This document shows positions 29,584-37,929 of a stretch of 64,000 bases of DNA, one piece after another (position 1 is the first letter of the stretch; each line of letters begins with the position of its first letter). The stretch is taken from contig WGDO01000087.1 of assembly GCA_015493225.1 (NCBI GenBank), forward strand, positions 514-64,513, read 5' to 3'. A program made the position numbers and the translations under genes. The DNA comes from Patescibacteria group bacterium (GTDB lineage: Bacteria > Patescibacteriota > Minisyncoccia > Moranbacterales > DUUL01). The notes below the pieces were generated by a model, which was given only the letters and a program-made list of their open reading frames with translations, made no database searches and was not told the DNA's origin.

Positions 29584-29800
29584 CAAATCCACCCCTAACC
29601 ATTTTTTGTTCACGGTTCACAGTTCACAGTTCACGGTTTATTTTTTAAAAAGTTTCACAAGACAGGTGTTGGAGGGAAACTAGATAAATCCACCCCTAAC
29701 CCCTCCTTTATCCCATTACGCCAAGGCTACGCGGGACAAGCGCTGGAGGGGAACTACTATCTACCATCTACTATCTACTATCTACTATCTATCCCCCAAC
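29584..29800. repeat. Composite repeat block: aaatccacccctaacc unit, (gttcac[ag])x4, long family A unit and (ctactatc)n
   Basis: gttcacggttcacagttcacagttcacgg at 29613-29640. The unit aaatccacccctaacccctcctttatcccattacgccaaggctacgcgggacaagcgctggaggggaac is at 29686-29760. ctaccatctactatctactatctactatct is at 29761-29792 and overlaps the last codons and stop of capA-like 29785-30951. Confidence 0.8.
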
Positions 29801-30951
29801 CCAAACTCCCCTTCCTCAATCTGTTTTTTCACATCATCCCCCACCACCGACCTAGTGGATAGATTTTGTAAAAACTTTCCTCGTTGTTCCCCGGCCATCA
29901 ATTCCAATTCTCCACTTCTTTGCTTAAATAATGGTATCAAAGTAAATTTAACTTGTCCATCTCCCAGTAAAACTCCCACTCCTAAAATAGACCGAACATC
30001 TTCAGAAAAATATTGGTCAAAAACAAAATTTCCCAAAGAATAAAAAATCACTTTATTTTTATAAATTTCAATGGGCTGAACCACATGAGGATGAGCGCCG
30101 ATAATCAGATCCGCTCCGGCGTCAATAAACAGATGAGCCAATTTTTGCTGTCGCTCATTATTAACTAATTTATATTCTTGCCCCCAGTGAGGATAAACAA
30201 TCACAAAATCGCTCTGCGTCTTCAGGGTTTTAATAATCTCAACAATTTGCTCCGGAAAAAAACCAGCAAACTGATTATAATTCACAAAACCAATTTTCCG
30301 TCCTCCCACATTCTTTATAATACTCATCTTAGCTAAATCCAAGGGATCTCCAAAATAACCAATACTATTCTTAGTTAAAATCTCCTCTGTCTGTTCTAAA
30401 CCTTCATTATGAAAATTTAAAATATGATTATTACCAATGTTTACCAAATTTATCCGATTAGCCTCCAAAAAATTAATGGCTTGTTCGGAATCAAAAGTAA
30501 AACGAAAGTGATTGGGATTTTCAACCGGCTGACCAACCGACACCGATGGCTTATCGGTAATCGGACCTTCTAAGTTAACCACATTTAAATCCTGTCCCCA
30601 AAATAACCGCTCCAATTTTTCCGTAAAAAATCCCACACCCTTTCTGTCCATCAAAATCCTATTCTGCCGATCCAACATCACATCCCCAAAAAATAACATT
30701 TTTATTTGTTTTATTTTTTTGTTTTGTTTTATTTTTAAATCATCATCCGTCTCAACCCTACCGGTTAAACTACCTAAAATTGTTTTAACATCATTCTTGT
30801 CTTGATTGTTATTTTCAACCTTCCCAATAATATTACCACCACGCACTATCACATTATTATTTGATAAAATATATTTTCCAAACAAAAAAAGAATAACTAT
30901 TAAAATAGCTAAAATTATTACTATAAAAACATTTCTTTTCTTGATGCTCAT
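29785..30951 (-). CDS. CapA-family (poly-gamma-glutamate synthesis-type) metallophosphatase with N-terminal TM anchor
   Basis: MLFFGDVMLDR and HPHWGQEY...GAHPHVVQPIE calcineurin-like phosphoesterase motifs typical of CapA/PgsA. Confidence 0.7.
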   Translation of the reverse strand: MSIKKRNVFIVIILAILIVILFLFGKYILSNNNVIVRGGNIIGKVENNNQDKNDVKTILGSLTGRVETDDDLKIKQNKKIKQIKMLFFGDVMLDRQNRILMDRKGVGFFTEKLERLFWGQDLNVVNLEGPITDKPSVSVGQPVENPNHFRFTFDSEQAINFLEANRINLVNIGNNHILNFHNEGLEQTEEILTKNSIGYFGDPLDLAKMSIIKNVGGRKIGFVNYNQFAGFFPEQIVEIIKTLKTQSDFVIVYPHWGQEYKLVNNERQQKLAHLFIDAGADLIIGAHPHVVQPIEIYKNKVIFYSLGNFVFDQYFSEDVRSILGVGVLLGDGQVKFTLIPLFKQRSGELELMAGEQRGKFLQNLSTRSVVGDDVKKQIEEGEFGLGDR

Positions 30952-30998
30952 TAAAAATATCTTTAATTACTCCTATCTTAATTATTAATTTCTCACTC

Positions 30999-32456
30999 TT
31001 AATTCTTAATTAATCTCTCTCCCACCAGATAAACATCGCCGGCACCCATGGTTATTAAAAGGTCGTTTGATCGAAGAGTTTTTTGAAAATATTTTATGGA
31101 TTCGGGAATAGTGTGAAGGTTTTTGACTGTTTTGTCGGGATTTTGTTTCTTTATTAAATCAATTAAATCGTCACTGGAAACTCTTCCTTGCTTCTCACGA
31201 GCAGAACCAAAAATATCTAACAGATAAATTTCATCGGCATCCGCAAAACTCTGAGAGAATTCTTCCAACAATGCTTCCGTCCGAGTAAAAGTATGAGGAT
31301 GAAAAATACATTTTATATTTTTATCAGGATATCTATTTTTAGTCGCTTGCAAAGTCGCTTGCACCTCCACTGGATGATGAGCATAGTCGTCTATAATCAA
31401 AACTCCCTTGTATTCTCCTTTTGTTTCAAATCGTCGAGCCGTTCCCTGAAAATTTTGCAAAGCTTGACGAACCTTTTGCTCGTCTAATCCTAATTTTTGA
31501 CAAACCTTAAAAGCACCCATGGCATTCAATAAATTATGCTTGCCAAATAATTGCATTTTTTCTTTGGCTTGACGAATAGCCGGACAACAACCAAATGTTT
31601 TGCCGTGGCAATTATCGTCAGCGCAAAAGCTGTCATCCAACAATACTTCCCTGGCCCCAACTTCATCATAAAAAATTACCTCACATTTTGCTGACTGAGT
31701 TATTTCCACCACATTTTTATCTCCGGCATAGGCCACCAAAAAACCATCTTCCGGAATTCGGGCTACAAAATTTCTAAACACCTGCTTATATTCTTCTTCG
31801 CTCTTAAAAAAATCCGGATGATCATAATCGGCCGAAGTTAAAATCACCGCCCGAGGATTATAATATTGTAATTTATTTTGATATTCATCCGCCTCAATTA
31901 CAAAATACTTTGCAAAGGTCGGGCCTTTGCAACTATCGGTAATTAAAGTATTGCTCTGCCACTCCAAAACCTTTGAGCCAACCAAAGCAGTTAAATTTTC
32001 CACACCTGCTCTTTCCATAGCCGTCGCCAACATCGCCGTAGTAGTTGTTTTACCATGAGTTCCGCACACAGCAATTCCAAATTCTGCTTGATTAAAAACC
32101 ATTCCCAGAGCCTGGGGATAACTCATTATTTTAAAATGCTGTTCAGTAGTCTCCATGGCATATTTTAATTCAGGATTTGTTTCCGGTTGAACTGAAGTGG
32201 AATAAATTATTAAATCTATCTTCCCTACTCCGCCTAAATCATCTTTTATATCCTGAAAACTACTCTCTAAATTTTTCTCATCAAACTTATGAAAAACCTG
32301 AATTCCCTTCTTTTTCAAAACATCATAATAAAAATGATCTCCCTCATCTGAGCCAGTAATATTTTTCCCCTGAGCTTGCAAAATAGACGCCAACGCCGAC
32401 GTTCCCGCCCCTTCGATTCCAATTATATAAATATTTTTAATTGTATCTAGATTCAT
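30999..32456 (-). CDS. murC: UDP-N-acetylmuramate--L-alanine ligase
   Basis: N-terminal IYIIGIEGAGTSALA (Mur ligase Rossmann), central GTHGKTTTTAML P-loop, and the C-terminal Mur ligase domain. It has an unusual Cys-rich insertion (FCADDNCHGKTFGCC). The last codons, IKN-stop, lie in an aattcttaatt repeat. Confidence 0.85.
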   Translation of the reverse strand: MNLDTIKNIYIIGIEGAGTSALASILQAQGKNITGSDEGDHFYYDVLKKKGIQVFHKFDEKNLESSFQDIKDDLGGVGKIDLIIYSTSVQPETNPELKYAMETTEQHFKIMSYPQALGMVFNQAEFGIAVCGTHGKTTTTAMLATAMERAGVENLTALVGSKVLEWQSNTLITDSCKGPTFAKYFVIEADEYQNKLQYYNPRAVILTSADYDHPDFFKSEEEYKQVFRNFVARIPEDGFLVAYAGDKNVVEITQSAKCEVIFYDEVGAREVLLDDSFCADDNCHGKTFGCCPAIRQAKEKMQLFGKHNLLNAMGAFKVCQKLGLDEQKVRQALQNFQGTARRFETKGEYKGVLIIDDYAHHPVEVQATLQATKNRYPDKNIKCIFHPHTFTRTEALLEEFSQSFADADEIYLLDIFGSAREKQGRVSSDDLIDLIKKQNPDKTVKNLHTIPESIKYFQKTLRSNDLLITMGAGDVYLVGERLIKN

Positions 32457-32539
32457 ATTGCTTGGTTGTCAGTTAATAGTTTATATTCTTTTAATTAATA
32501 TTTACCAACAATCCTTATATTATTTCAAAATTATTTATC

Positions 32540-33388
32540 CTATTTATTTTCTAAAGACTCAACAATGCTTCTTAGATATTTTAATGCCTCAATATCCGCA
32601 CTTATAAATTTATCGCTATTACTATATTCATTTTTCTCATTTTCTTTTAGCGTTATCACAATTGTTCCAAAATCAATGAATTTCAATTCTTTTTCCCCTT
32701 CATTACTTACAACACATAAATTATTTTTACCATGCAAATCAATAAACACTCCCTTTTCATTCAATTCCTCTGTCAATTTAACAAATTCAACAAAATCATT
32801 TTTTAATTTTTTATTACCCCTCAACAATTTAATTAGTTCTTCTAAAGGATATTGTAGTACGCCCCTTAAATCATTTCCCAAAAATTCTTGAATAGATATT
32901 ATTGCCAATCTGTTGTTATTAGTACTTTTACCAACTACTATATTTGTGTCAACAATTAAACCTTTAATATTTTTATAGTATTTTCTTAAGATTGTATTCC
33001 ATTTTTTTTCATTAGAAGCCTTGTTAACAACATTATCTAAAACAACTTTATATGGGGCCAACTCTACTTTAACAACAAATGTACCACCTTTTGTTTCCAG
33101 CTTATAGACATAACTACGCATTCCTTTATCAATAAAGACAAAATCATTTTCTTGAGTATTTATCGGAAGCTGTTCTATATTAATATTCAATAATCTATCT
33201 TCTAATTTTGCCGATATCAAATCAGGTAACATAGCACTAATAATACTTGCCAACGCAGAGGCTTTTATATCTAAACCTGTGTCTGACAACAAAATATCCA
33301 GAGCCCTACCAACCTCTTTCCTACCAATTATATTTCTAGCCCTTACTCCTTCTTCTATAGCGTATCCCCAATCTTTTTTATCCGACAT
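32540..33388 (-). CDS. Hypothetical protein with protein-kinase-like fold signatures
   Basis: FIDLHGKNNLCV resembles the HxDxxxxN catalytic loop and KFIDFGTIV a DFG motif. No glycine-rich loop was identified, so this is weak evidence. Confidence 0.35.
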   Translation of the reverse strand: MSDKKDWGYAIEEGVRARNIIGRKEVGRALDILLSDTGLDIKASALASIISAMLPDLISAKLEDRLLNINIEQLPINTQENDFVFIDKGMRSYVYKLETKGGTFVVKVELAPYKVVLDNVVNKASNEKKWNTILRKYYKNIKGLIVDTNIVVGKSTNNNRLAIISIQEFLGNDLRGVLQYPLEELIKLLRGNKKLKNDFVEFVKLTEELNEKGVFIDLHGKNNLCVVSNEGEKELKFIDFGTIVITLKENEKNEYSNSDKFISADIEALKYLRSIVESLENK

Positions 33389-33405
33389 ATAATTTAAATT
33401 TTAAC

Positions 33406-34251
33406 TTAAAACTCCAAAAACTTCCCTTCCAAATAATTCTTAATTGGCTCGGCGGTGGTTTGGGTAATTTTCTCCGGCAAATTATCCATCGCAAACCAGC
33501 CAATCTTATCACACTTATGAGGCTCCATATTCTTTGGCTGACCACTTTTTATCTTGGCAATAAAATTTAAAGCTACCCAGTGTTCAATTTTTTCACCCCC
33601 TGTGCTGAGCCCAGCGGATGCAGGGTAAAGGGGGTCATCCCCCCTTTCGCGAAAAGGGGGATGGGGAGTTTTTATAATATGATCAGTATGAAGCAAGTAA
33701 CCAACAATCTCCACCTTAATACCCAATTCTTCTTTCATTTCCCTAATCATTGCCTTTTCTGCCGTCTCTCCGAACTTCACCCCTCCACCAGGCTTGCTCC
33801 ACCAACCAGCCTCATTACGAACTTCACCCGCCCGCCGAATTAACAAAACTTCCTTTTTATCATTAAAAATCAAACACCCTCCCCCAACACCAATGTAATC
33901 TTTACCTTTTATTAATTTAGATTGCTCTGCATTGCTAGCTTCTCCGTTAATTATGGCTACTTTATTTTTTCTATAAATAAAAACTTGCCATAAAATTATA
34001 CCCGTAGTTAAAACTCCAAGGCCTTGCCCTATAATTATTACTTTATCATTTTTTAACACTCCATAATATGCCCAAAGCAAATATGCTAGCCAGGCTATAA
34101 CCCAAAATGAAATAGACTGTCCCTCAGTCGACTTCCGTCTATAATTTTTTCTAATTTGATCTGGTAATCCAATAACTTTTACCAATATTCCGATGGCCAG
34201 TGTCAGAAATGATACAACCCCAATAAGTGTAATTGATTGTAATAATTCCAT
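33406..34251 (-). CDS. Membrane-anchored NUDIX hydrolase (3 N-terminal TM helices) carrying an in-frame family C repeat insertion
   Basis: Nudix box GGGVKFGETAEKAMIREMKEELGI. Three N-terminal hydrophobic helices. The 27-aa segment KTPHPPFRERGDDPLYPASAGLSTGGE is encoded by repeat copy 33593-33673. Confidence 0.8.
   Translation of the reverse strand: MELLQSITLIGVVSFLTLAIGILVKVIGLPDQIRKNYRRKSTEGQSISFWVIAWLAYLLWAYYGVLKNDKVIIIGQGLGVLTTGIILWQVFIYRKNKVAIINGEASNAEQSKLIKGKDYIGVGGGCLIFNDKKEVLLIRRAGEVRNEAGWWSKPGGGVKFGETAEKAMIREMKEELGIKVEIVGYLLHTDHIIKTPHPPFRERGDDPLYPASAGLSTGGEKIEHWVALNFIAKIKSGQPKNMEPHKCDKIGWFAMDNLPEKITQTTAEPIKNYLEGKFLEF
33593..33673. repeat. Family C repeat copy (81 nt, 3n) inside the NUDIX CDS
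   Basis: caccccctgtg...cagggtaaagggggtcatcccccctttcgcgaaaagggggatggggagttttt. It has the same termini as 4695-4786 and 11795-11888 and an internal ccccccttt-cgcg-aaaggggg hairpin. Confidence 0.75.
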
Positions 34252-34273
34252 ATAAAATTTATTTTAATATTTT

Positions 34274-35695
34274 TTAATTCCTCCTCCCCCCTAATAACGC
34301 TGGGAGGGTTTTTAGAATGATTTTAATATCTCCCCAGAGAGACCAATTTTCGATGTAAAAAATATCCAAACGAACTTCATCTTCAAAGCTCAAATCACTT
34401 CGTCCAGAAACCTGAGCCATCCCGGTAATTCCTGGTTTAATAGTTAAGACTCGTTTAGCATAATCCTGATATTTTTCCACTTCCAAAGGTTGATGCGGAC
34501 GAGGACCAACTAAACTCATTTTCCCCATTAAAACATTAAAAAATTGCGGTAACTCATCAATAGAATATTTTTCCAAAAATGTTCCCACCTTCGTCTTACG
34601 AGGATCATCTTTGATTTTATACAAAGGCCCACTTTTAATAGATTGTTTTTGAATTAATTTTTTCAAATAAGACAAAGCCCGTTGATTATGCTCATCAGAA
34701 TATTGTTTACCATGACAATATTTATTTTTCATATAACGAAATTTATACAAATCAAAATTACCCTTATGCCCCACTCTTTCATTTTTAAAAATAATTGGCC
34801 AACCATCACTCAACCAAATAACCAAAGCAGACAACAACATTGGAATACCAAAAATAATAATTCCTACGCTTGCCCCCACAACGTCAAAAACTCTTTTTAA
34901 AATTTTTCCCCAACCATCCAAAGAAGTATTTTTAATTTCAATCAACGGTTCTCCTAAAAAAATTTCCACATCAAAATTAGAGGATTGCAACATTGTTGGT
35001 AAGTACTTGAAAACAATCCGATGCCTAATGCAATAATCTTTTAGCTTCAACAGCTTACCCTTATCAACCCCTGGTGTACATTCAATAATTTCATCAATCC
35101 CTTTTAATTTTTTAATTCTCTTAATTCGTTCAATATCCATATGGTCCAAATGCCCCACCACTTCATAACCCAACGAAGTATTTATATCTGTTTGTCTTTT
35201 AATATTAGCACAAAAATTATTCACCCCTATCAATAACAACCTATGTTTTCCGACACCTTTCACAGCCATTAAATACTTTTGTATTCTTCTTAGGATAATT
35301 CTACCAAAAGTCACAAAAACAAAAACTAAAATTCCTCCAACTAAAATAATAAATCGAGAAGAAAATACATCTCGATTCAAAAAGAATAAAACTATCATAA
35401 AAGTAACACCAATGGCTGTCGCCCTAAACACCTGATAAATTTGCTTCAAAATTTTGGCAGTTGTTTTTGTACGATAAAGGCCATCCAAAGCATATATAAA
35501 AACAAATAACATCCCCACAAGCAATAAACCCCTGGCATATTCTCCTTTTGGTATAATTTCTGATTGAGGCAGTGGATATTTTTCAATCATAGAAGAATAA
35601 AAACGCCAATAATAAACCGTTACCCCAGCCAATAAAACCATCATATAATCAATGGGTATTTGAAGTGCGCTAAAAAATAATTCTGATTTTTTCAT
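34274..35695 (-). CDS. Polyprenyl-phosphate hexose-1-phosphate transferase (WbaP/WcaJ-type bacterial sugar transferase)
   Basis: 5 N-terminal TM helices, a cytoplasmic linker, and the C-terminal bacterial sugar transferase domain with DELPQFFNVLMGKMSLVGPRP. Confidence 0.85.
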   Translation of the reverse strand: MKKSELFFSALQIPIDYMMVLLAGVTVYYWRFYSSMIEKYPLPQSEIIPKGEYARGLLLVGMLFVFIYALDGLYRTKTTAKILKQIYQVFRATAIGVTFMIVLFFLNRDVFSSRFIILVGGILVFVFVTFGRIILRRIQKYLMAVKGVGKHRLLLIGVNNFCANIKRQTDINTSLGYEVVGHLDHMDIERIKRIKKLKGIDEIIECTPGVDKGKLLKLKDYCIRHRIVFKYLPTMLQSSNFDVEIFLGEPLIEIKNTSLDGWGKILKRVFDVVGASVGIIIFGIPMLLSALVIWLSDGWPIIFKNERVGHKGNFDLYKFRYMKNKYCHGKQYSDEHNQRALSYLKKLIQKQSIKSGPLYKIKDDPRKTKVGTFLEKYSIDELPQFFNVLMGKMSLVGPRPHQPLEVEKYQDYAKRVLTIKPGITGMAQVSGRSDLSFEDEVRLDIFYIENWSLWGDIKIILKTLPALLGGRRN

Positions 35696-35919
35696 GACCC
35701 TACGAAACTACGAATTAACTACAAATATACGAATATACAAAATCACTCTTTTAAATCCCCTATCCACCAAGTTTTCTAGATGTTATTTTCAGACTTTGAC
35801 ACCTTCTTTAATCAACAAAGTATCAAACATCAAGTAGAAAATAACATCAAGAAAACTTGGTAAAACATTAAGAAAAAAAACCATAGATAAGTTCCACATT
35901 ACTATTAGTATACAGCATT

Positions 35920-35956
35920 CTCTCTAAAAAATAAAGACACTTGAAGTGTCTTTATT
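35920..35956 (-). terminator. Rho-independent terminator of rnpB
   Basis: Minus strand: AAAGACACUUCAAGUGUCUUU followed by AUUUUUU. Confidence 0.65.
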
Positions 35957-35958
35957 TT

Positions 35959-36382
35959 GATGACCAATCTTTAAGCCGGGTTCTGTTTAGATAATCATTT
36001 ATCTACGTTAATTATTACTAATTAACTTTAGCGGTTCAAATTCTAAATTAATAGAAAATACGACTTTACATCAGATAGGGTTTACCACTCAATCCAACCC
36101 ATACTAATGAACTGGATTTCAAACTCGCCATCACTGACAAGCGCGCCGGGTAATTCCGAAAAATACCCCGACACTTTTCACCTTTCTCCAGCTCCTGCAA
36201 GCAGGGGCTGGGTAGTATAGTCTCTGCGGCACTGTCCCTGAATAATTATTACTAATTATCCGATTGGCGTTACCAATTATCATTAAGAATTTAATCTCAC
36301 GATGCCCAGACTTTCCTCCCAGTCCTGAATTTAAAATTTTTTAATAAAAAATTTTAAATTCAGAGCTGGGTAATTATCAAAT
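35959..36382 (-). ncRNA. rnpB: RNase P RNA (bacterial type A-like)
   Basis: Minus-strand transcript contains the P4 5' strand GGAGGAAAGUCUGGGC (rc of 36306-36321), the P4 3' strand ACAGAACCCGGCUUA (rc of 35972-35986), and an AGAAAGGUGAAAAGUG...CGGGGUA...UACCCGG P10-P12-like region. A P3 hairpin and a P1 pairing UUGAU...AUCAA are present. No ORF covers this 1.1-kb gap. Confidence 0.8.
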
Positions 36383-36539
36383 CAGTCCTACCTAATATAC
36401 CAGAAAAACCCTCCTTTGTCAAGATAATTTGTACATTTCACAGAAGTTAAAGTAATCAATAGCTTATCCCAAAGTTAGTGCGGTCGTCGCAACTTTGGGA
36501 AAAATTATTGCCAATAATGTAGATTGCTGTTAAACTAAA

Positions 36540-36790
36540 ATTGGTTAATAAATCCACCCCCAACCCCTCCTTTACCAAAGGAGGGGAACCAAAGAAAATC
36601 CACCCCCAACCCCTCCTTTTTTAGCAAAGGGGAAATTTTCCACAGCTTCCACCCTTTGTAAAGGGGAGATTGAGGGGGGATTTTAAAACTAAATCCACCC
36701 CTAACCCCTCCTTTACAAAGGAGGGGAAATAAGGAAATCCGCCCCTAATCCCTCCTTTATTAAAGGAGGAGAACAAAAAGGAGAAACTAA
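36540..36790. repeat. Tandem array of 5-6 palindromic units (aaatccacccctaacccctcctttNNNaaaggaggggaa, plus the cccccctttgtaaagggggg attgagggggg variant)
   Basis: Units abut directly, each about 40-45 nt. Each is a stem-loop with a 10-bp GC-rich stem and contains an AAGGAGG Shine-Dalgarno-like core. Confidence 0.85.
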
Positions 36791-36802
36791 AAAAAATACT
36801 CT

Positions 36803-37111
36803 ATGAAATTTACTCTTCAAAACAAACTAAGTCACAACACCGAATATGTTATGCGCAAAGCCGGCTATACATATATTTTTGATAAAATTTCCCAACATGG
36901 CAGTTTTGTCCATAGACTTACCGCTGAACGCTATCCCCGTTTTCATTTATACATCACCGAAAATGAACAAGGAACTACCTTTGATCTTCATCTTGACCAA
37001 GCCAGGTCTCGCTACCAAGGACAAAAAGCTCATCGAGCTGATTATGAAAGTGAAGAAGTTAAGGCAGAGTTGGCGAGGATTTATTATGTTATTAAAGAGT
37101 TTTTAATTTAA
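36803..37111 (+). CDS. Hypothetical small protein
   Basis: 102-aa ORF immediately downstream of the repeat array. No confident family. Confidence 0.4.
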   Translation: MKFTLQNKLSHNTEYVMRKAGYTYIFDKISQHGSFVHRLTAERYPRFHLYITENEQGTTFDLHLDQARSRYQGQKAHRADYESEEVKAELARIYYVIKEFLI

Positions 37112-37374
37112 CCGGCCCCTACGAAAATATGAATTAATTTTAAATTTTAAGTTTTAAATTTTAAATGAGTTTTAAATTATCTAATTTTTAATATTAAATA
37201 TACAACCATCACAAAACAACAAGGCTCTGAATGATGCGTAAAATTAATAGAAATTAAAAACTTAAAATTCAAAATTAAATATTTAATCAAAATTCCAAAT
37301 TTTTCAAACATTGATTATTGGGATTTGTGATTTATTTGTTTCTTGAAATTTGTATCTTGGAAATTTATAAAATT

Positions 37375-37906
<532 letters not shown>

Positions 37907-37929
37907 TTTTTTATCTCACCCTATTATAT

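Noticed and set aside
36540-36790. Possible CRISPR array (regularly spaced GC-rich direct repeats)
   Set aside because: Units are contiguous with only 3-6 nt between the palindrome arms. The variable part is the hairpin loop, not a 30-40 nt spacer. The same units occur singly all over the window. No cas genes are present.
35696-36802. Missed protein-coding gene in the 1.1-kb ORF-free gap
   Set aside because: No ORF of 60 aa or more exists in any frame. The region is explained by RNase P RNA plus terminator, promoter regions and a repeat array.
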